In this document: positions 28,401 to 40,400 of the stretch, in pieces
How positions within the stretch are numbered: the first letter of the stretch is position 1
Layout: every line of letters begins with the position of its first letter
The notes under the pieces: generated by a model
Told to the model about the DNA's origin: nothing
Databases searched by the model: none
The model's input: only the letters and a program-made list of their open reading frames with translations
Translations under genes and position numbers: made by a program
Assembly: GCA_977030845.1 (NCBI GenBank)
Contig: OZ365111.1
Span: 9,796,001-9,860,000 of the forward strand
DNA: 64,000 nt
Reading direction: 5' to 3'
Source: Fimbriosthenelais zetlandica
Lineage: Eukaryota

Positions 28401-31400
28401 ATCGCAGCCTCCTCTCGCTCTTGTTATACTACAGGGGATTGACTATTGCAAATTATTCAATGCGCCCGTCGGGCGCATTAGGCCATCACGTGGATGCGCC
28501 CAGGTAGAGCAAAAATAATGTGGCATGTCGCATCCCCAATTTTACACCCTGTACTGTAAGCTACATATTTCATAGTTGGTATTAATCTTTTTTAGAGGCG
28601 AGCACCCTGCATATTCCAAGTCAAAAATTAATCAATTATCTTACTTGGACATTTTCATTTCATAACCAACTAGTAGGCGAGCACCCAGTATAGAATTTAT
28701 AACAATGAAAATCAATGGCAGTATGGCCGTTGCCATCTATGAAATGGTCATTAATATTTGGCGGACCATGCCCTATATATTTCGTAAATTTAGTGATCAT
28801 TTATACAATTGTTTTGCAATACAGGGTCTAACGAAATTGGCGTTTGATTATAATTCCATTATTATTCGATAAGTACCATATAAATATATAGAAATGACAG
28901 AGAATCTTGAGACTGGAGAATCTTGGTGTGAGGTGTGAAATAATAAATCTAAAATTTATAATATATTAAATCTTTAAAATAATTATACATGTACATCAAA
29001 TAACTTGAATCAAGGCTTTATAATCATGTCACAGACACTTAGTATAACAGAGGACATTGCAGCAATGTTTTATTGTCGGATGTCCAACATGATTTTCTTT
29101 TTACACTAGAATGCACATTACCAATTTCTGTCTTTTGATAAATATATTATCTATTGCAGCCATCCGTGCAATTACCATCGATGTTTCGAAAACGGCAAGC
29201 AAATAAAGGAGGGAGACCCGGGAGACCCCCGGGGACGAAAAGCCGAAAAGTGATAAAAGAAGTTATATGCCTCATAAAGCCGAAGATCAGACAAGGACTA
29301 ATCTTTGCACCAAAAAAAGATGAATTAGCTCGACTGGGTAGTCGGGGCCTAATAGGCATTGTACAAATATGCTACAGCATGAATGAGGAAGAAGTCCAAA
29401 ATGAGTTGTCTTCATGCTTCGAAGGCTTCCCGCAGAATACATTTTCCTTCAAATTCCTCAAGGTAAAAGATAATTTCATAGAATTTTCATAGACCTATAT
29501 ACTTCTTATTGTTTATACCACGGCACAGTGTATCACATGTACTTAGGATGGGTGATCCCACTTGTCAGATCAAGGCCCTCGATGATGTTTCTGGCCTTGA
29601 TCTGAAAAGAAGGATCACCTAGCTACTCGTTAGATTTTACCTTTTATCTATTTGTTTATAGAATCAACAACTCAGCTTAATGCATTTGACTCTACCAGTT
29701 ATGAATGAACTCTTATGATACGACGTTTGTTTGTGATATTTTACAGATGCAACCCGGGAGTAGGCATCTGCGTGAACCACGACTGTCAGGCTCCATAAAG
29801 TTTACTGGGGAGGTAGTTTTATCGTTATGTGGTCAGGGAAAATTGTACATCTACTCATTAGTGGATCCTACAGAAATAGAGGTAATTCGATTATACAGTA
29901 TAGACGCTCAGTTCTTTTCATTCCCGACTCTTGACAACATGGATTGTTCATTTCATATGCCACTTTTGAGAAGTGTAGTCCTATTTTTCTAGTGTATCGA
30001 TAGGACTGCTTGAAATTGGATTTCAAGAGTCATTTAAAAAAAATGTTCGAAAGAGATTTAATTACATAGATCCCTAATCTTAAATTACTATACATCTCGT
30101 ATCGTAAGGCTTTCACTTGTTGTTATTTTTCGATGGGTTTTAAAATCCCTTATCATTGGTAAGATATTGTGTTCAACTTCAAAGCCAACTTTGCCCTACA
30201 CTTATTGTATTTATCCTGATCTCTTCAATTTTAATATATTTCCTGAACAGTCAACAAGTCCCTATGGAACATCTGAGGGTGATACATTGTCTACTACATC
30301 AGAGCCTACAGCGATATTAGCAAGTAATAGGCCTACTGTAACCACTGACAACATACAAGAGGAACATTCCACTAGTTCCGATGAGGTACAGACTAGAGAA
30401 TTGGACTCTCTTTTGGAAAGAAATGTAACTTATTCACATACAAAATGAAATATATATAATATATAAATTGCAAAAGTCCCTCCTTAATTTTCATAGTTAT
30501 AATTCTGCATTGCATGGGTAAATGTAGTAATTAAATATAATTTTGATTTAATTTTGGTATGTGTTTCAGTTTTTGCCTGATATAGATCCTCCTGTACAGC
30601 AAAGTTTACTGCCAACAGAGCCTGAAAGCACAGTATCGATTGAGGATGGGGCAAGACAAGTTCCTGATATAGATCCTCCTGTACAGCAAAGTTTACTGTC
30701 AACAGAGCCTGAAAGCACAGTATCGATTGAGGATGGGGCAAGACAAGTTCCTGATATAGATCCTCCTGTACAGCAAAGTTTACTGCCAACAGAGCCTGAA
30801 AGCACAGTATCGATTGAGGATGGGGCAAGACAAGTTCCTTATATACCACGTGAATATGTTGTAAGTGTTACATAATGTTGAGGGCAGATAATGAAATTTG
30901 CACTCTGAATTTTTCATTAACTGATATTATTAAGTTGAATTGTCTTATGTAAGGAGCAAAATTGTCAGACAATTTTCCCATTTCACTGTAAGTTAGTGCT
31001 TATACTCATAATAATAAGTCATTATGTGTCTCTTTAGATTGTGCTTGATTCAGACTCTGACGAAGCAGATGACAGAGCAAACCATGCGGTAAGGGCAATG
31101 TTTCTAATAGAACAAAGTAATGTAATATAACAGTATACTCTAAGGTACAGCAGGCGGCATGAAATAAGTTTATAGTATTTATTTAAGTGCTGGGAATCAG
31201 GAGAAATGTTTTTCATAAAACGTTCAAAAGTTTGAAAAAGGTTTTGTAAAGGAATAACAAAATTGTATTATGTATCAGGGGCACGTTATTTGAATATAGT
31301 GAGGATCATCAGCATTTTTTCAAAAATATTGTTTAACAGATAGTAATAATTATAGCTTATATTTTTGCATTATTGACTAGCCCCGTGTCGTGTACAGGAC

Positions 31401-34400
31401 ACGAAGACAAGCCCAGGTGGAAGCTGAGGAGGCTAAGTAAGTATTTGATTTTTAGTGAAAGTCTAGTCTAAATAATTTAATCAATGTCATATTGTTCCCC
31501 TGAATTGTACGCATTTCTAAAGAAAAAACATGCAGCATAAGTACACATAACCAAAAGTAATTAGGCTATTAAGTCTCCGATTTTCATAGCCCTGTAACCT
31601 GTTTTAAAAATGTATTTAAGGAGATTAATCTAAAAAAGACTGATTTTTGCATTTGCTTATTTTGCTTATTCCCAGCTCTGATACAAAACTGGACATCCTC
31701 TTTGGGCTTTATAGCCAGGTGAAGAATCATGAAGTCAGAAAAAATCATGTAAATGCTACCCGAGGAAATGTTCTGGACGCAGGGTTGAGGGCCTTTTCAC
31801 GAAAAAGCTTTAGGCCAGCAGTTCCACTCCATGTGCGCTTCGTCGGGGAGGTTGGGATAGATGGTGGGGGCCTCACACACGAGTTTCTGCAGCTTTTGCT
31901 CAGGGAAATATCAGATCGGCTGATGAGTGGACAGGACGATGCCAGATTTCTGGTGTTAGACCAGAGAGGTATACATTACTGTCTTACATTTACACTACTA
32001 ACCCACTAATTGAATTTGAGAGAATCAAAACTGTTTGTAATCTAAAGCGCGTTCTGCACTATACCGATCTGATCAGATTAAAATCTGACATGCAAGATCT
32101 GCCCCCAAATCGCATCATATCTGACATGCACAGCTCTATGAGAGAATCATCCCGATCATAATCTTATCTTAATACACATTATGCCGATTTTTAATCTTAC
32201 TTCAATTTGATCTGATGAGACCGTTAAGATCATGAAATCATACCCCAGATCGGCGTAGTGTAGAACGGGCTTTAAGCTAAATGATTTTCTGGAGCATGAC
32301 TAATTTCTTTCCTTTCTATTTTAAATAATACATTTTAAAACAATATTATAGATCTCTATATCTTAAGTAATATCTTTCAGCTCTAGCTTCTGGTCTCTAC
32401 CGAACTATGGGGAGTATTATGGCCTACAGCATTGTGCACCGTGGACCTACCCCCTGTTTTCTTCATATAAACCTGTACAGGACCATGACTGGTGGTGAAA
32501 CTGTGGACTATTGCCTGCAAGACCTGACGAACACTGACATTAAAGATAAACTAAAGAAGGTATGTTCACTGTAAATTATCTTCCTGGCTACCCCAGCTAT
32601 ATGATTAACTTCTAAACAAATCTCAATAGTTCGAGTGTCAACATCCAAGGCATTCCAGTCGCGTACGGGCTCGGAAAGGGAAAAGTACACATTGCACGGA
32701 AAATAATATGCACTTTATTACATGTTGTTATTGCCTTGAAACAGTACTTATAATGTAAAAAAAATTGTTCATTAGATAAGGGAATCAGAAAATGAAGCCG
32801 AATACAAGGAAGCGATCGACATGGTAAATGAACTCGTCGAAGTGTCTGGCTGTACGACATATTCTATGCGGTTTGCTGACAAAGATAAGATGTTCCAAGC
32901 ACTCTGTCAGCACTCACTAATAGGCAATTCTGCACAGGCTATGATTCAGTAAGTTATGCTAAAATTAAAAGATAAGATTTAAGACTGAATAAATATTTTC
33001 CATATAATCATTTTCTTTCTGCAAAGAATTATTTGAGGGAGATGAGAATTCTATACTTAATAGTACGTGAAGTATGTAAATTGGATAATGTAGATGTTGG
33101 AATGTGCTCCAAATTTAATGAGAAAGGAAATATTTTAATAACATGCATGTTTGAGATTCTTAATGTGTGAATTTGTTCACATTAGGTTATCTCAGGGCCT
33201 CAAGACACTGGGTCTGTACGAGGAGCTGATGAAGGCTCCATTAACTCTACAACCTTTGTTTGTATGCTGTGGTGAAAAACTCACTGCCTTAGTAGTGGAA
33301 GAGCTTTTTCCCCCAAGTGATTTGTCCGAAGTCGGGAGCAACAAATACCATATGGAGCTCCAGGCGCTCGCTTACTGGAGCGACTTCCTTATTGACATGG
33401 AAGGTAAGATAGCCACAAACAAATTAAAATCAACTCATGTTCATTGTAAAGTGGAACAAATGTGGATTTAAATTCCTGGCGTGCCATGGTACTTTCATTG
33501 CCATGACCATAATAATCATTGCATTATGAACCTTAAATGTTGGAACTTTACCCAACTACATAAATATCTTTCAAATCCTAACCATCTAGAAGAGGGATTC
33601 ATAATGAATCCCTTTAAAACATTGTGTGACAAGCATATTTCTTGTTATATTTGTCAGATGCTGATCGACTTGGAGAAGTGCTGATGTTTGCTACTGGTCT
33701 TGACAAACCACCACCACTTGGCTTTCATCCTGCACCCAAGCTGAGACTCAAAAATCCAGACGGTTATGATATCAAAGACAAATTCTGCGAGGCGAATACC
33801 TGTATTCATATTTTGTCGATACCAATTATACATAGAACATATGGAGATTTCCAAGAATATATGTTGCGAGGAATGCAAACCAAACTGTTTACAACCGAGT
33901 AGGTTGCATGGAAACTGTGACTAGACTGTCCCGGTGGGGGGGGGGGGGGGGGGGGGGGGTACTCGGAATTTAAGTGGGTACAAGTGCTCGTTCCCACTTT
34001 CGAGGAGAAGCGGGGTACTTTTACTGCTGACATCAAGGAGAAAAAGGGGTACTTTTTACAGTTTGTCCTCCTTGAAAATGTAAAAAATTGTATAATTCCA
34101 ATTAAAAGAACAGGACATTCCTCAGAAATTTGATAGGTATAAATCCTTGCCCATGCATATCCTTGTGGCTTGTTTGATGAATTTTTATTTCAAAGTGCAT
34201 ATTTCTCAATGTGTTAATCGAGCATATTTCATATAGTTGGCACAAACGATGGTATGTTCTCCTTGATTAGTTAAAAAAAAAGGGGTGCTTTTGGACGGGT
34301 AAAATCTTGTATTTTAAGAAAAAGGGTAGTTTTTTTAGTGTAAAATCCTTGAAAAGGGTCGGATTTTGAAGGTAGGGAACGAGCACTAGTACCCACTTTA

Positions 34401-37400
34401 ATTCAGAGTGCCCCCCGGGTCAATTGTTTATATTTTGAATGATTTGGTCACATTGTTACGTTGACTATCAGATCATAAATGGGTGGAGATACTGTCATAT
34501 ATGGCCATGTATTAGTTGATATGTACCAACAGTACGGGCAACGTCATTGAATAAATGGTATGCCTCTTCAAGAGTTGAAGGTTGTCCCAAAGCTGTAAGT
34601 TGCTCTTTGAGATGTCTTGAAAAAGAGGAAGCTATGTCGCAATGCACATGCGGTTGTGGTTGTTGGATGTTCCATGGTGTCGCGTCATCAGCTTCACAGT
34701 CATCCTCTGGTTGGTAGTCATCAACATGAAGTTCTTTCAGGTGCCTCTTAAGAACATAGAGTTGAAGTGGAGAAGAACCACCTTCAGTTGACAGACCATG
34801 TTGGTTGTGTGCAGCAGCATATTCCGATAAGTCCTGCTGCAGCAGAGATTTAAAAAGCCAGTGGAGACACATAATATCAACTTCATTATCAGGATCACTC
34901 ATTTCCTCATCAGACATCTTGGCAAACAAACGTTTGTACTTCCCAGTAACCTTTTCATTTACATCCTTCCATAATCTCTCTATCCGCTCATTATGGACTG
35001 AACTGCCAGTGAGGACGGATCTTGGGCCTCGTGCCTGCTGCATTTTTTCCCATATATCTCTGTTCTCACCACCGTAATCTGTTCTTATACGAAGTGGCCA
35101 TTCAAACTGCTCCACTGCCAAGTCAAACTGCTGCAGTACAGTTGATGCCCTATTGTTGTCACTGACATGCAGGAATGTTATTAACCTTGTGTAGCCATCT
35201 ATGGCACCATGGATGACAAACTTCCACTTTATAAGTTTGTGATTGCCATCTATATGCCAGATGTAGTGTGGACATGGGACCGAATACTTTCGTCGTTGAA
35301 TGGTGCTGGACCGTCTCTCCTCAACTCCTTCAGGATCAACCTCTTTTATAACTTTCCTTATGCGGCTGCGCTGTACGTGCAACCCTTGTTGCCTCAGGTG
35401 GCCTTTAATTATGACTTCACCACTCTCTGGATGGCGCTCCTTCAGAGCTGCAATATTGTTGTGTAGCTCTTCATCTGTCACCGCTGTGAACCTTTTGTAC
35501 TGGATTTTTTCTTTTTTTATGTATGCATATACTGTTTTTCGAGATACGCCAAGCTGTCGGGCAACTTCTGCTATAGGTATCTTTGCATCTAAGAGCTCTT
35601 TCAATCTGTCAACATCCATCTGAAAAAGATAGCCTACTTATAGTGTCAGGGTTATTAGCCTACAGCAGTAGCATATAGGGTGTGGGGGGAGGGGGTTATA
35701 CGTCAGGGTTTCATTGGGGTATGCATAAATTGGACAAGGTATATTCCCCCACCCCCCATCAACCCGATGAGTAATATAATATTTTTTTAATATTGTCAGA
35801 TATATAAGTTGACCCTGGGTAATTACACAAATCAATGAGTATCTGGTTCTATAAATCCCAAGGTTAATCATTAGGAGAAGTATGCATTGCTTTAATTGTC
35901 CAAGAGATAGAAACCTTGAAATTCATTTTTCATTTTTTTTCTGAAACCTGGAAAGTTTATTAAACTTCAAAGCAGATGATTTGTTATAGGCCTATCTGAT
36001 AATCTCGGTGACTCACTATACCCTTAATTTATAGGGGTAGGCCTATTGTTAAGGCTAGGCTTGGATCTAGGTTGCCCGAGGGTTGAAAGCTTGCCTATTC
36101 CTTAGCCTTTAAAACATGGTCATATTTGTTTGATCAATCTGTCTAGTGTCTTAAATATGCTTAGGCACATCAGCTGTATGGACCTGTTCCTGCTATTATA
36201 TTGTCCAGGAAAAGTCCTGACTCAGTATAGGTCTACTGTATACTTAGGCCTACAAAACCTAATATGTCCCTGGGCCATTTGGGATTTTCAAACTGATAAA
36301 CTTAATTTGAAATACCGGCACACCTGGAAATGAATGTCTCAGGTGGTTGCCCTGTTGGGCATACTCATCGCGTCGTCATGGAAATATATGAGACAAAAAG
36401 GCGCGAAATAATGAGTTGTAGGCTAAAAGAAAACGTAGATCTTGCTGGAGTAAGGCCTGGAGTCCGAGAGATGGTCGGACAGATTCGGACCAACAAAATA
36501 CTTTCTATAAACTTCAAATGAGGATACGGACGGTAAGAATCAATGTTGATAATGTGCTGAAGTAGTTGTTGATTTATAACTAATAAAAATAATATTAGGC
36601 CTATATATTTAATAAGCTAGAACTGGACTGAAGTCCGGTTCTAGATTGCAATTAATTGGGCCTAGTTTTGTAAAAAAAAAAAAAAAAAAAAGGAGAAAGA
36701 TGAGATTGGAATATAAAGGCTTATTGAAAATATGGTTTTCAATGGTGGGATGGCTTAATAATAGGCCCTGAGTTAAGCAGGCTTTCAGGCCTCAGACAAG
36801 CTAGATCCAGGCCTAGTATTAAGGCTTCCAGGACAGGAAGACTAAGGCCTACGAATCCTGAATTACCGAGGCTAGGCAAAGTATATATAGTGATCATAAT
36901 TTCTTGTCCTAGCATAGGCCTATATATAACCTACAGTGGATCTAATTTGAACGTCAATAAGCAACGTTTCATTAAAAAAGAAATGAAAACAAAAATAATT
37001 TCAAGGTTTCTATCGCTTGGAAAATTAGTGCAATGTCAGGTTTAAGCAATGTAATGTAGGCTTTCCCCAAATGGAATTTAAAAACCAGATAGGCCTAGGC
37101 ATAACATTGATGTAATTACTCCAGGGTCAGTTTATAGGCCTAGGCTACATCTAATTTATCCCCTTTCTAAATGAAAATCCATGTAGGCTAGGCCTATTAG
37201 CCTGACTATATTGTAACAGGCCTAGATTTATTAAAAATCCCCCATTTGAATGTGTTACAATAATATTGCCCCCCCCCCACCCTCCAAACTTCTGTCGATA
37301 TATTACATTATAAAAAATAGCCCCCCCCCCCCCCCCCGACATGAATAATTATACAACAAAACCGCCCCCTTCCAAGAATAGGTCAAAACAAAACCCCCTG

Positions 37401-40400
37401 TAAACGAAATAATATTCTTACCTTCAACAATCACTTGAATCAGTTGCAGTTTGAAATTGGAGCCTTCTGCAGAAAAATTTCACATTGGTCGCTAGGCTAG
37501 GAGTGAATCACTGTCCCCTGAATCAAGTAGGCCCTAGGCCTAACAGGTTTTTGAAGAGAGAGTGCTGCCACCTTATGGTGGTTGAAGGAAATAGACGGAA
37601 TTAATTAATTCCGTCAACGAAATTTTTATTCCGTCTACAGAATTAAAATTCTGTGGACGGAATTAATTAATTCCGTCAACGAAATTTTTATTCCGTCTAC
37701 ACAATTAAAATTCTGTGGACGGAATTAATTAATTCCGTCAACGAAATTTTAATTCCGTCTACACAATTAAAATTCTGTGGACGGAATTAATTAATTCCGT
37801 CAACGAAATTTTAATTCCGTCTACACAATTAAAATTCTGTGGACGGAATTAATTAATTCCGTCAACGAAATTTTAATTCTGTCTACAGAATTAAAATTCT
37901 GTGGACGGAATTAATTAATTCCGTCAACGAAATTTTAATTCTGTCTATAGAATTAAAATTCTGTGGACGGAATTTTAATTACTTTTAATTCTGTGGACGG
38001 AATTTTAATTAATTTTAATTCCGTGGAAGGAATTAATATTCCGTGGACAGAATTTTAATTAATTTTATTTCCGTGGACGGAATTTTAATTAATTTTAATT
38101 CCGTGGAAGGAATTAATATTCCGTGGACGGAATTTTAATTAATTTTAATTCCGTCCACGGAATATTAATTCCTTCCACGGAATTAAAATTAATTAAAATT
38201 CCGTCCACGGAATTTTAATTCCAGACGAAATAAAATAAATTGAAACAGAATTAAATAAATGTGGTACAAAATAAAAAATATTTCGTATCGAAATAAATAA
38301 TTGAAGTACGAAATATAAAAGGTAACACTTGGCGCCCCATATTTACTGTCTCCCGGGACTTATGAGTAGACCCCATTATGGTTGACAGGATGGAGGGATT
38401 TAATGGAGCTTGGAGTGCTTTTTAAGGCAATTTCCTTCATCTCCATTGACACATCTGAAGTCATGATTTTTGAGTAGCTTTAAATTGACGTATCCCCATT
38501 CATAAGCCTGCTGAAATAGATATTTGACTTTTCAAATAAAAACTCTTTCAAGTTTCTGATGTTCAGTTCTGGCAAGTGACTTAGACTCATAGTATCATCT
38601 ATGTATATGTGCACATAGCTGAAGCTGAAGAAGTTAAAGATATTAAATGTCCCAGGGAAGCTTAACATTTGGAACTGGCACAATGTCAAATTTTCTGACA
38701 AGCATTCCAATGCTATCCAAAAGTAAAATCTCTTTTATCTGTGACAAACCATTTAAAAGGTAAAAGGCTAAGGAAACTAGGTTACCTGAGGAGTTTGCCT
38801 CATGGATTCATTGTTGAAAAGACAGATAAATGACACTTCTTCCCAGGTATGTGTCCTTAAATACATCACGGTTGAGTGTGCATGATGACATGTTACATTT
38901 AGTGGTGGTAAAGATTTAAATAATGACCCACTTCCTCTAAGCCCCCCTTTACCAGACATTCGTTCTGTAATAATTTATAGATCTACCAGACCATTTTCTC
39001 GGGAAATCTCCTTCTTAATGAAGGCTTTAAATACAGTCTTTCCCTCGGCCTAGTTAGCCTCTGGCTTTGTAAGTATCTGTGTCAGATAGTTTGCAAGTCA
39101 CTATATTTATATTACTGGCTTATAGGTGGTGTATCTGTATCATTGACAATCCCGTATGATGGATGAAGCCAGAAAGACAGGAGCAATTTAGGAAATCTAA
39201 CCGCATCATTTCAGCCATCAAAAATAGACATGAAAGAGGTTAAATAGTATATAGTCAACGGATAATTCAAGCCATAGGTATGAGGTATATGAATCAGTGA
39301 CATGGCCTTTTAGACAGTTGGATCAGATGCACCTATGATCAATTTCAAGCCCTGGTGTAAACTGGACACCCTGATTTAAAACGGAACAGCCCCTCGCTGA
39401 GTTTTGCCAGAACACTGATGATTACAGTTGAGACATGAGTTCAGACTTCTTTCACGCTTGAAGAAACAAAGAGTTTTTAGTAATGATCAGGTTACAAAAC
39501 AACAAATCACCATGAAGTATTTGTAAGACTAATCTAAACTAACCATTATGCTGGCCTTCTACATAATTGAAACAATTTCGTGTGTCCACTTGTTTTTATC
39601 CGTCTGTGTATATAAATGTCGATGATGGTTTGAACATGTCGACTGTCAGAGCATACAGGACAGGAAATAAATTTAATGAACTTATCTATTCTTCGGTCCA
39701 CAGATAGGAACGTACAATACCCAAGGGAAAACAGTCCTCAATGAGCCCGTCTATTATTATGGACTTAGTGGTGAACGAATTGACCGTCCAACGTCAGTCT
39801 GCAGCAGAGATCCTTGCACCAATTGTGGAGCTATGATCAGCACATCAACAATGTCCACTCTTGATCCATCAGCTACCACCACAGCCATGGAAGGGACCAC
39901 CTTGGGGGCCCCTACACCACCCCCTGCAAAATTCAGGAAGGGTGGCTGGGTCATTGCATTAGTTGTTTTGGCTGGTAAGTGTCTGAAATGTTCACCTTTC
40001 ACTTGCAAAAGTGATTCAATGTTGTTAGTAATTACCCTTTGCTACAAGCCATACTAATGGAATTTATACAGACTACGTGTATGGCCAGGTTCCTAGGAGA
40101 AACAATAAATGAAATTGTGCTTCTGATTTTAGGTCTGGGAGTCCTGTTTACCTTCATCTTTGAGATTTATTTGATGTCCAAGATGTTTGGAACACCGGTG
40201 GTCAAGCACTGGAGGACCATGTGGCTTGGCCAGCTTCTCCTGCTTGCCATCTTTGTCTCCTATCTCACTCTCTTTGCCTTTGTACCAACTCCGACTAGAA
40301 CCACCTGTGCTATAATAAGGTATGTGCTTTGTCATCTGTCACAGAAGAGAGCAAGGATAATTGTGATAGTCTAAGAGTTGGTGTAAAGAGATCTGTGAAA

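Larger units (their letters stand above)
22415..38341. mobile_element. 15,927-bp IS3EU-type DNA transposon carrying a DDE transposase and a HECT E3 ligase gene, inserted in GPCR intron
   Basis: Left end tttact|TATGGGGCGCCAAGTGTTACC; right end GGTAACACTTGGCGCCCCATA|tttact. Perfect 6-bp TSD at 22409-22414 and 38342-38347. Long TIRs and an IS3-like transposase inside. TAY..RTA termini with a 6-bp TSD are the hallmarks I recall for Repbase IS3EU. Confidence 0.9.

Noticed and set aside
26159-28551. A confident hAT element call
   Set aside because: Only 14 bp of terminal match and no 8-bp TSD; kept as a low-confidence feature only.
30484-30849. Minus-strand repetitive ORFs (121 and 79 aa)
   Set aside because: Antisense shadows of the 87-bp coding repeat in HECT exon 6.
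34805-35623. Plus-strand ORFs over the transposase
   Set aside because: Antisense shadows with no independent features.
36330-36540. Possible third gene in the transposon (63-aa ORF; plus-strand donor at ~36532)
   Set aside because: No supporting partner exons or protein motifs; probably part of the transposase leader intron.
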